From: Promethearchaeum syntrophicum
GTDB lineage: Archaea > Asgardarchaeota > Lokiarchaeia > Sigyniarchaeales > Promethearchaeaceae
Direction: 5' to 3'
Assembly: GCF_008000775.2 (NCBI RefSeq)
Contig: NZ_CP042905.2
Coordinates: 600,001-632,000 of the forward strand
Length of the DNA: 32,000 nucleotides
The position numbers and the translations under genes are program-made. Every line of letters starts with the position of its first letter. Position 1 is the first letter of the stretch. Below the pieces are notes generated by a model. That model was given only the letters and a program-made list of their open reading frames with translations. It had not been told where the DNA came from and did not search any database. Of this stretch, positions 15,353 through 23,537 are shown one piece after another.

Positions 15353-17260
15353 ATGAATATGAGTTTCATTCTTAAAAAGATAAAAATAGAAAATTATAGA
15401 TGTTTTAAGGAATTCGAGTTCGATTTATGTGAGTTTAATACAATTGTTGGGAAAAATGCAACAGGAAAATCTTCTTTACTCTATGCTATTAATGAAATTA
15501 ATAATGAAAAGCTTTCTAAAGAGACAATTTATAATGATTATAAAGAAAATGAAATCCAAAGAATTTCTTTCTTTTTTTCAGGAATTATAGAAAATTCCTC
15601 TATAAAAATTCGAGATCCAATTCTGATTTTAACTGACGAGGGTTATAAAATAACGTATTTCGAACTGTTTCTAAAAATATCAGAAGTTAAAATGATAAGT
15701 CCCAAAGAAAATTTTCGGTATAATGGAACAAATGAGAGTTTAAAACAAGTAAAACTACAAAATCTTTTGGAAATTAAAAATAAAAAGGAATTTATTTTTC
15801 AATCAAAAGATTGGAATCCAATTCATGAAGTTAAGTCCAAATTTAATTTTATATTGAAAAATTGGACTCTCCCAAGTCTAATTTTTTTTATTGACAGCAA
15901 AGCTATACTACAAACTCATGATTTTAGTAAAATTGAAAGCTCTTCTAATTTCAAAGAAATTCTAATTGATTTAGCCAGACCAAAGGTAATTTTCTTTAGT
16001 GAAAATATTTTGAATCAAAATATTAATTCAAGTTATAATTTTTTATCGTTTAATGAAAACTTCAACTTTACACTGAAACTTCTGAAATTAGGAGAAATTG
16101 ATCGAGAAAAGTTTCAGAAATTAAGTGAAAGTGCAAAAGAAAATATGATTGAGAACATTGAAGCAAAATTTAATGAAATTTTTCTTAATCAACCATATCC
16201 AGTATCTATGATCCAATTTTCATTTCAATTCATTAAAGATAACTTTAGTTTCAAACCTAGATTGAAGAATGGTAAAAAAATTGAATTTGAAAACCTTAGT
16301 GCAGGTCTTCGATGGTTATATACGTTTATCTTGGTTTTCTTTGATCCGTTGATTCATGATGATATAATTGAAAAATTTGATCATAGAATTATTTTGATAG
16401 ATGAACCGGGGAAAAACATCCATCCAGAGGCACAAATGGAAGTGCTAGAATATTTAAAACTCATGAATAAAAACAACCAAATAATTTATTCTACACATAT
16501 GCCCTTTTTAATTGATTATTCCAACCCAAATAGTGTTCAATGTATTTCCTATGTTCAAAATACTCAAAAGCACGAAATTTCTAATGGAAAAGCGTCGGAT
16601 TTAAAAATACGAATTGCAGATGCAATTGGATTACCTAAAGAAAGATTTCTAACATTTCCAGAAAAGATTCTCCTTGTGGAAGGTCCAAGTGATAGAGTAT
16701 TTATTGAAAGAATAAATGAGTATTTTCATGAAATAAATAACAAATTAGCACAATCATCGGAAATTGAGATTTGGTTTTACCATGGTCTTTCTGAAATTAA
16801 TCATCTTTGCAAACTTTTTGATAGTTGGAAAAGAAGGAATTTTCTTCTTCTATATGATGATGATACTGATCTATTTTCCAAAGGAAAGGTAAAAGATCCA
16901 AAAGATGAACCTGAAGTACAGAAATTTCGCCGTAATATTGTGAAATTAACACACCCCGCTATAAAAAAGAATATTGCAATAGAAGATTTTATTCCACGAA
17001 CTTTATTTAATTCAACGTTAAAAAAATGGTTAAAGAGTTATGGGTATGAGAAAGATTTTCTCAAAGATGTGCAAAACGATATTAAAGATCCACAAGTAAA
17101 TCAAAGTCAAATTATTTCCAGATTAGAAAAAGAAGAACAATTGAGTAAGTTAGAATTCATTAAACTCATATTTGAAACTGAAAATCAGAAATTATTTACT
17201 GAAAATTTGAAAATAGTATATCTATTTCAATTAATTACTGAAAAATTTAGAAAAATATAG
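15353..17260 (+). CDS. OLD-family nuclease: N-terminal ABC-type ATPase plus C-terminal Toprim domain
   Basis: 635 aa. KIKIENYRCFKEFEFDL..NTIVGKNATGKSSLLYAI (Walker A), LSAGLRWLYTFIL (signature-like), RIILIDEPGKNIHPEAQ (Walker B), IIYSTHMPFLI (H-loop). Toprim: KILLVEGPSDRVFIE, then FLLLYDDDTD, then IEDFIP. Confidence 0.8.
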   Translation: MNMSFILKKIKIENYRCFKEFEFDLCEFNTIVGKNATGKSSLLYAINEINNEKLSKETIYNDYKENEIQRISFFFSGIIENSSIKIRDPILILTDEGYKITYFELFLKISEVKMISPKENFRYNGTNESLKQVKLQNLLEIKNKKEFIFQSKDWNPIHEVKSKFNFILKNWTLPSLIFFIDSKAILQTHDFSKIESSSNFKEILIDLARPKVIFFSENILNQNINSSYNFLSFNENFNFTLKLLKLGEIDREKFQKLSESAKENMIENIEAKFNEIFLNQPYPVSMIQFSFQFIKDNFSFKPRLKNGKKIEFENLSAGLRWLYTFILVFFDPLIHDDIIEKFDHRIILIDEPGKNIHPEAQMEVLEYLKLMNKNNQIIYSTHMPFLIDYSNPNSVQCISYVQNTQKHEISNGKASDLKIRIADAIGLPKERFLTFPEKILLVEGPSDRVFIERINEYFHEINNKLAQSSEIEIWFYHGLSEINHLCKLFDSWKRRNFLLLYDDDTDLFSKGKVKDPKDEPEVQKFRRNIVKLTHPAIKKNIAIEDFIPRTLFNSTLKKWLKSYGYEKDFLKDVQNDIKDPQVNQSQIISRLEKEEQLSKLEFIKLIFETENQKLFTENLKIVYLFQLITEKFRKI

Positions 17261-17575
17261 TTTAATGATCAGAATATATAAGAAACCAACCTTTTTTATC
17301 CATTTACTAAATTTAGTGATGAAAGTCTTTATCAATTTTATTACAGATTATATTGTTTACAAAATTAGTAAGTGAAAAATAGAATCCCAATCTTCCAAAA
17401 ATTCATTAAACAAAATTATATTTTTAATAACGATTAAATAATAATTCGGTTTCGGAATTTGGTTTCAAACTACTCATTTTTTTGAAGAAACATTAAAAAG
17501 AATTAGGTTTGAAAGAATATATTTTAGTAAAATCATAGTAATATTTTTTTATAATAAATATAACTTGTATATAAA

Positions 17576-18742
17576 ATGGATCAAAATAAAAATAGAGATG
17601 CTAATATCATTGAAGCGTTTATGTGCAAGTGTATCAAAAGTAATCCTAAAAATTATAATTTATTCTGGCTTTGTGATGATGATGGTCTTTCAGCGAAGAA
17701 TGATATTATTACAATAATAAAATCTATGCTTGGTGAAAATAATATTCTTTTTATTTCACTCAATGATATTAATTCGGATTATATTCTGCATGATAATAAT
17801 TCTCTATTTTCACTTTTTGTAAGGATTCCCCAACCTCATGAAAATCATTCACTTGAATTAAGTGGCCTTATGAAAATTATCGATAATATGAATATTAAGT
17901 TTAAATTGAATAATGGAAATTTAATTGATACAAAGATCTATTTTCAGATAACATTAATATCAGATTTTGATCCTTTCATATATATAAAGAAAAAAGACTA
18001 CAGTTGGGTAATTTCAAATATTATTTTCATCAAGATTTTTAAAAGAATGGAATTTGGCATCACAAATAAAATCATTAAAAAGGAATTAGATGGTATTTTT
18101 TCATATTTAATTAATTCAGTGTTTCATGAAGCAGATAATATTATTTCTGATCAAAAACAATTCCAGATTTTATTTTCAAACTATTTAACAGAAATTCTTC
18201 CTGATATAAATCTTGAATCTCATATTGAAAATATTAAAAACGAAATAATGAACAGAATCAACTTAAATGAAATCATTCAGAATCACCTGATGGAACGGGT
18301 ATTGAACTGTATTCTCTCTTTTTATAGTGCTCATCAAGTAGAACCATTATTTGAATCTGGAAAAAAAGTATTTGAGAAAGAATTTCACAAAAGAGTTTAC
18401 TCTCATCTCTATCCTCTCTTAGGAACAAATATTGAAAATCATAAGAAAGTGGGCAAAGGAGATATTGATTTTTTAATATATAATTATCCTCTAGATGTTA
18501 AAGTTGAAGAAAAAGATCAGAAATTGGAGGAGATATATTTAAATCATAAAGATCAAATAATCCAATATTGTTATTACCGAAAGGAAAGAGTAGGTTTTCT
18601 TTTAGTATACGAAAATACGATAAAGAAACCAAATTTTGAGAAAAAAGATTACAAGGTATTCCAAGAAGATGGAATTTATGTAATAATCATTCTTTTGCGT
18701 GGTAATTTTCCATATCCAAGTAAAATGAAATCTCAAAAATGA
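17576..18742 (+). CDS. Uncharacterised protein with C-terminal PD-(D/E)xK nuclease-like motif set; N-terminus weakly resembles a degenerate P-loop NTPase
   Basis: 388 aa. C-terminus: EKEFHKRVYSHLYPLLG..GKGDIDFLIYNYPLDVKVEEK..DQIIQYCYY, which gives E, D, DxK and QxxxY in canonical order. N-terminus: NLFWLCDDDGLSAKNDIITIIKSMLGENN sits where P4/D5-type NTPases carry GxGxNGKST...LxG. Preceded by a 315-nt AT-rich gap. Confidence 0.5.
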   Translation: MDQNKNRDANIIEAFMCKCIKSNPKNYNLFWLCDDDGLSAKNDIITIIKSMLGENNILFISLNDINSDYILHDNNSLFSLFVRIPQPHENHSLELSGLMKIIDNMNIKFKLNNGNLIDTKIYFQITLISDFDPFIYIKKKDYSWVISNIIFIKIFKRMEFGITNKIIKKELDGIFSYLINSVFHEADNIISDQKQFQILFSNYLTEILPDINLESHIENIKNEIMNRINLNEIIQNHLMERVLNCILSFYSAHQVEPLFESGKKVFEKEFHKRVYSHLYPLLGTNIENHKKVGKGDIDFLIYNYPLDVKVEEKDQKLEEIYLNHKDQIIQYCYYRKERVGFLLVYENTIKKPNFEKKDYKVFQEDGIYVIIILLRGNFPYPSKMKSQK

Positions 18743-19125
18743 ATGAAAAAACTATTTAAATTGTTGATCTTGTTATGAATGTTAGAAAATAATTCATTAT
18801 GTAATGGTTTGAATGAGAACCTTTTTAAAAAACATGTCAAATCATTTCTATTTAAAGAAAACTATAGTATTAGTTTAGAAAATTACTTGAAATTGGTAAT
18901 AGAAATTAAAGATATATCAATCGTTTTTAATTGATTGAAATTTCGTTTAAATCAAAAAATTATAATATCTCAATATTTTTCAAGAATTTTTCATGATTTT
19001 CTTTTTCATACAACGAATTCCTTTCAGTTTTATTCTAAATGCCTCTTATTTCCGTATATTGATGATACATTGAATGAAAAAACGTTTTTAGAAAATTTAA
19101 AAAAAAGAAAAAATTCCTATAGAAT

Positions 19126-22100
19126 ATGAGTAATGAAAATCCATTTGAAGTTTATGATTTAAATGAAATATTGAAATCAGATATTCCGCATATAATACAA
19201 AAGAATAATAGTGAATTATTAGAAAATAATTTCAAATTAAATCCTCAAAATTATTCTACATATCAAATTAATATAATTCAGAATATACAAGAAAAATTGA
19301 AAAAACAAGAATTAGATATTGGAGATAAAATATTTGCATTGGAATTAATTCTAATTTCCATAGAATTAGATTTTGATATAGATAATTCAACCAAAGATTT
19401 AATATGGGAATTTATGATTAATCATATTCTTCCAACAGGTGCATTAAATTGGGAAAAGTATAAAATTCTTTTAAAAATTGTTAAAGTTGAAGATATCAGC
19501 AATATAATTGAAAAAAATCCTGCATTAAGTGAATTATTTTTTGATGCTTATCCCGAAAGAAATGCTGAATTTTTTAAAATATGCATTAAATATGAGAAAT
19601 GGGCGATAGCTCGAAAAATTTTAGAAAATTATAATAATTTGATACCCGAAAATTTAGAAGATGTAAAAAAATTGTTTGAAAATTATTATATCAATCATTC
19701 AACACTAAAGAAAATGCAAAATAATCTTGATCCATCGATTCTAAATGAATTAAATGGTATTAGAATCAAAAGAAAAGAAAATTGGATTGAACAATTACAG
19801 ATAAAATTAAAAATTATTGAGGAAGAAGGTATCAATCCGAAAAAAGATATGTATCAGTTACAATATAATTTATCATTTATAATAGACACTTTTTCAGGAT
19901 TAGAACTTGAAAAAATTTCTATAGATTGTCTTAATGCTTTAAAAAATCCATCAAATGATAGGTGGGTCAATATGATTTTATTAGAAATTATATTTTTTAA
20001 TAGTAAGATTATCTCTTCCTTAATCCCTCGCATTGAGGAGTATGGTTTTGAAAATCTTCTTTTTTTTTATTATTACAATAATCCTGATTTACTTCTAGGT
20101 AAACAAACTTCTTGGTTCGTTAAATACAAAGATCGAGGATTAGATATTGCAAAAATTTACCTAAGTCGGTTAGGATACGAAAATAGACCTACTATGCATT
20201 TATTTTCATTATTTATTTCTAATGATTTTCAACCAATTGAAGCTCTTCTAGAATTATGTTTGACAAATTCTTCCACTAAATCAGAAATCCAAGAAATAAT
20301 AATGGAAAAAATAATATCCATAGATTTTTCAAGAATTAAAGAAATTCCTAATGGGATCTCTTATTTGACTATTCTACTTAATAATCATGGCTTTTCCGAA
20401 TGGTACTTTAAATTTCCGATAGACTTTTCTATAAAGAAAATATTAGAATTAAAAGACAATTGCGAAGAACTACATGAATTTCTCAATGGGACAACATTTT
20501 GGGATATTGTAAGCAGAATGGAGTCCAAATTCCATCAATTTTTTATTAACCTTCTTATTGATAAGAACCAAAAGTCTATTTTATATTTAATTGATTCATA
20601 TCCTGAAATATTTATGGCAAATATTGATATTTTTATCACTAAAATCTCTGAAAGAGATAATATGACTTCAAGTGATTTGAAAATTATTAATTTACTTTTA
20701 AAAAAGAAATCAATTTCATTTACTATAGGAAAAGATTTGAATAAATTTATTGAAATGAAACAACTAAATTATCAAAAAGTAAGATTGTTGCACACATTGG
20801 GAAAATATTCTGAATTAATTGATTTAATTATAGAATTGATGAATCTTCCTTACATTAATCCAAAATTCAAGATAATATTGTGGTTGGATTATATTTCATT
20901 ATGCCTAGAATATTCATTAGAAGATCTAAACGAAGAATTTGTTAAACAATTAATATTTTCCATTAATAATTGTTATGAAAAGAGTAAATCCGCTTTTTCT
21001 CATAATGATTGGGATTTTTTTCTCAAATATTATTATATAATTGGTAGATTATATCTTGTGCAATATCAAAAAAATCCAGATGAAGATAAAAATCATTTAC
21101 TTGAAAAATCAAAACAATTATTTATTGAAGGATTAAAATATTCTACTGATATTGAAACAAACTCTCTTCTTTCAGAATTAATTATTGTAACAGAAATCGA
21201 TCTCAGTGCAAAATCTCTAAAAAAAGATATTACAAAGTTTACACATTTATCATTATTAAATGATTTTTTGATTAGAACTAATCCTCCTCTTTTTTCAATA
21301 GAAAGAAATATATTGACTGCTTGCTTCCATCTTGAAATTGCAGAAAAAAATAGCAAAAATCCTCTATTTAGCTGGGATAAAAATAAAAAACTTATATACA
21401 CATGGGATTATTTACCTCCTTTTGATGAAAAATCTCCTCTTTTTAGGTTAATGATACATAAATCAATAATAACTGAAAAATTACAAAATTATTCTCTATT
21501 AATTAGAAGTAAATTGAAGATTAACGAAGAAAATGAAATTCCCATTTCGATGGGAGTGCAATCAGATTGGTATGTTGCAGAATTTAAATTAAATTTATTC
21601 GATGTTGATTCTTTATCTGCATTTGAACTATTTTTCAAAAAAAAGGATGATTTTCCTTCTTATGAAGCAAATCTTCCTTTAATAGGTAAAATTATTCCAA
21701 AAGAAATGCATTTAATGGAACTAATCGAAAGAGAAATTGTATTATGCTGTGAAATAATTCAAAATAGGCATATTATATTAAAAAAAAATTTAGAAATTCC
21801 TTTAAATGATTTATTGACTGATTTTTTAAGACAAGGACTTAAAACATACAATATTGATGTTAATCAAGAACAGAGAGGTGGAAAATCTAAAAAGATTGAA
21901 GGAGAAATAGATATATCTTTCTATTATCAAGGAGGGCATCGTATTACTATTTTAGAAGCATTATTATATAACAACACTCATGTAGAACATTATGAGAAAT
22001 TGGTCAAAAATTATGATGCTATTGGTCGATTAAGAAATTTCATTTTAATTTATTATATTGGTGATAGTTTCTACCAATTTGTTGAAAACTACAAAGAAAA

Positions 22101-22248
22101 TATATCTAAATCTAAAATATTTGAAAGATTTGAACCATATAGGCGAACTTTTGATTCCACAGAAATACGAATTTTAAAATCAATTCAGAAGAATTTTAAT
22201 TCTAAATTTAATGTCATTCATTTTATTGTACACTTAAGAAATCCTTGA
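19126..22248 (+). CDS. Large (1040 aa) uncharacterised, apparently all-helical protein with C-terminal nuclease-like domain related to that of the 388-aa neighbour
   Basis: Long uninterrupted ORF with no P-loop or other catalytic motif in the first ~900 aa. The C-terminus IEGEIDISFYYQGGHRITILEALLYNN..HYEKLVKNY..FILIYYIGD parallels GKGDIDFLIYNYPLDVKVEEK..QIIQY..GFLLVYENT in the neighbour. Confidence 0.5.
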   Translation: MSNENPFEVYDLNEILKSDIPHIIQKNNSELLENNFKLNPQNYSTYQINIIQNIQEKLKKQELDIGDKIFALELILISIELDFDIDNSTKDLIWEFMINHILPTGALNWEKYKILLKIVKVEDISNIIEKNPALSELFFDAYPERNAEFFKICIKYEKWAIARKILENYNNLIPENLEDVKKLFENYYINHSTLKKMQNNLDPSILNELNGIRIKRKENWIEQLQIKLKIIEEEGINPKKDMYQLQYNLSFIIDTFSGLELEKISIDCLNALKNPSNDRWVNMILLEIIFFNSKIISSLIPRIEEYGFENLLFFYYYNNPDLLLGKQTSWFVKYKDRGLDIAKIYLSRLGYENRPTMHLFSLFISNDFQPIEALLELCLTNSSTKSEIQEIIMEKIISIDFSRIKEIPNGISYLTILLNNHGFSEWYFKFPIDFSIKKILELKDNCEELHEFLNGTTFWDIVSRMESKFHQFFINLLIDKNQKSILYLIDSYPEIFMANIDIFITKISERDNMTSSDLKIINLLLKKKSISFTIGKDLNKFIEMKQLNYQKVRLLHTLGKYSELIDLIIELMNLPYINPKFKIILWLDYISLCLEYSLEDLNEEFVKQLIFSINNCYEKSKSAFSHNDWDFFLKYYYIIGRLYLVQYQKNPDEDKNHLLEKSKQLFIEGLKYSTDIETNSLLSELIIVTEIDLSAKSLKKDITKFTHLSLLNDFLIRTNPPLFSIERNILTACFHLEIAEKNSKNPLFSWDKNKKLIYTWDYLPPFDEKSPLFRLMIHKSIITEKLQNYSLLIRSKLKINEENEIPISMGVQSDWYVAEFKLNLFDVDSLSAFELFFKKKDDFPSYEANLPLIGKIIPKEMHLMELIEREIVLCCEIIQNRHIILKKNLEIPLNDLLTDFLRQGLKTYNIDVNQEQRGGKSKKIEGEIDISFYYQGGHRITILEALLYNNTHVEHYEKLVKNYDAIGRLRNFILIYYIGDSFYQFVENYKENISKSKIFERFEPYRRTFDSTEIRILKSIQKNFNSKFNVIHFIVHLRNP

Positions 22249-22310
22249 AACTTTCATATATTTATAATAATAAATTTTCTCACATTTTTTTGCTTTTATC
22301 ATTTCATTTT

Positions 22311-22434
22311 TTAAGATTTAAGTATTTAGTAATAAAATATTTATGCTGAAATTTTTGATTGAATGTATGGCATTACAATGCCCCTGAGATTTACCCTACT
22401 GGGGTGGATTTATTTTTCGCTTTTTCCTATTATA
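22311..22434. repeat. Direct repeat R2 (right boundary of island); intergenic region upstream of the GNAT stop
   Basis: Copy of 9971-10103. It contains the same hairpins (ggcattacaatgcc at 22369-22382) and T-runs, and ends 3 nt before the GNAT stop codon (22438-22440). Confidence 0.9.
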
Positions 22435-22437
22435 TAA

Positions 22438-22980
22438 CTAGAATTTAATCTGTGAGTGAATATTCTCCCAGAAGAAACCCAAAGCATCCAATTTCTTTCC
22501 TCCATAAGTGAGAGTTTTATGAAATTTTGGAATACCCCCCATTTTGAGATAGAAATTACATGCAGAATTATCCTTCAACGCCCAAATAACCATTGTTTTA
22601 TAATTCATATCTAAGAAAGATTTAACTATTGCATTGAAAAGTAATGTGCCTATTCCTTGTTTCCAGTATTTAGGAAGAATATAAATCGCGTTTAGGTCAC
22701 CGTCGATATCATAATCATCATAAGAACTCCGACCACCCATGGAAAACCCGACAATATCAGTTCTATATTGAGAAGAAATTTCTGCCACAAACATTTCCTT
22801 CTTGTTTTTACCCAAATTTCTAATTCTTTGTGACCATGCCGGAATTTTATCAACTATAGAACGAGAATCTAGATAATCTTGAGGAATTATGCCTTTATAC
22901 GCTACTTTCCACGTGTTAATATTGATAGATGCAATAGCTGAGGCATCAGAAACAACTGCTTTTCTAATCGATACATTCAT
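22438..22980 (-). CDS. GNAT-family N-acetyltransferase
   Basis: 180 aa. IVGFSMGG.. and ILPKYWKQGIGTLLFNAIV (the Q/RxxGxG/A acetyl-CoA motif). Confidence 0.85.
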   Translation of the reverse strand: MNVSIRKAVVSDASAIASININTWKVAYKGIIPQDYLDSRSIVDKIPAWSQRIRNLGKNKKEMFVAEISSQYRTDIVGFSMGGRSSYDDYDIDGDLNAIYILPKYWKQGIGTLLFNAIVKSFLDMNYKTMVIWALKDNSACNFYLKMGGIPKFHKTLTYGGKKLDALGFFWENIHSQIKF

Positions 22981-23020
22981 TAAAATAAAAAATAGAGAAA
23001 AGAAGAAAAAACTTTCTCAA

Positions 23021-23533
23021 TTATTCAATTAAAATAAAAGTTTCACCTTTGGCACCACAAATAGGACATACTTCAGGGATTTCACCTTCAACAGTAAATC
23101 CACATACAGGACAAACAGACATTTCTTTTGCAGGTAAATCTTCACCCTTTTCTGCAGCGACTAAAACATCATTATATAACTTATGATGAATTTTCTCCAC
23201 TTCGTTTGCATAATTGAATGAAATTTCAGCTTTCTTATTACCATCTTGTTTGGCGTGTTCTAGCATCTCAGGGTACATTTTAGAAAATTCGTAATGCTCC
23301 CCTTCGATTGCTTCCTTTACATTTTCAACAGTGGTTTTTATTCCACCCCAAGCGCGGAGATGATTATGTGCATGAACGGTCTCTGCAGCGGCGGCAGCTC
23401 TAAAAACTCTAGCAATTTGTTTTAAACCTTCATTATCTGCTTTTTTTGCGAATGCTAAATATCTTCTATTTGCTTGACTTTCCCCTGCAAATGCAGCCAT
23501 TAGATCGTCTTCAGATTTTGTCATTTTTTTCAC
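23021..23533 (-). CDS. rbr: Rubrerythrin
   Basis: 170 aa. Diiron four-helix bundle (FAGESQANRRY, ETVHAHNH, EGEHYE..MYPE, EKIHHKLY) plus C-terminal rubredoxin-like CPVCG...CPICG. Confidence 0.9.
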   Translation of the reverse strand: MKKMTKSEDDLMAAFAGESQANRRYLAFAKKADNEGLKQIARVFRAAAAAETVHAHNHLRAWGGIKTTVENVKEAIEGEHYEFSKMYPEMLEHAKQDGNKKAEISFNYANEVEKIHHKLYNDVLVAAEKGEDLPAKEMSVCPVCGFTVEGEIPEVCPICGAKGETFILIE

Positions 23534-23537
23534 GTTA

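Larger units (their letters stand above)
10104..22310. mobile_element. ~12.2-kb accessory (defence) island inserted between csp and the convergent GNAT gene; no integrase or transposase recognised
   Basis: Bounded by direct repeats R1 and R2, with scraps of both flanking genes at the left junction. The cargo is CBASS, an OLD nuclease and two unknown nuclease-like proteins. By eye the cargo is more AT/Asn/Lys/Ile-rich than the flanks; this was not computed. Confidence 0.7.

Noticed and set aside
17325-17339. 15-nt exact match (gtctttatcaatttt) to the csp-tail fragment at 10237-10251, in the gap after the OLD gene; it could hint at a second insertion junction splitting the island into two modules
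   Set aside because: One 15-mer match in 32 kb of AT-rich DNA is about what chance allows. Flanking similarity is patchy, and no accompanying R copy or GNAT scrap is present as a serial-insertion model would predict. A proper local alignment would be worthwhile.
18935-19129. 64-aa ORF overlapping the start of the 1040-aa gene by ATGA
   Set aside because: It starts at TTG, has no recognisable SD and is hydrophobic and low-complexity with no motif. It lies in the AT-rich intergenic region where such ORFs arise by chance. It cannot be excluded as a small leader peptide, but it is unsupported.
10104-22310. Search for an integrase, transposase, tRNA target or short terminal inverted repeats that would make the island a classical integrative element or transposon
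   Set aside because: None of the seven island ORFs shows tyrosine/serine recombinase or DDE motifs that I can recognise. No tRNA-like GC-rich cloverleaf segment flanks it. The element is therefore labelled only as a putative island, not as a specific MGE class.
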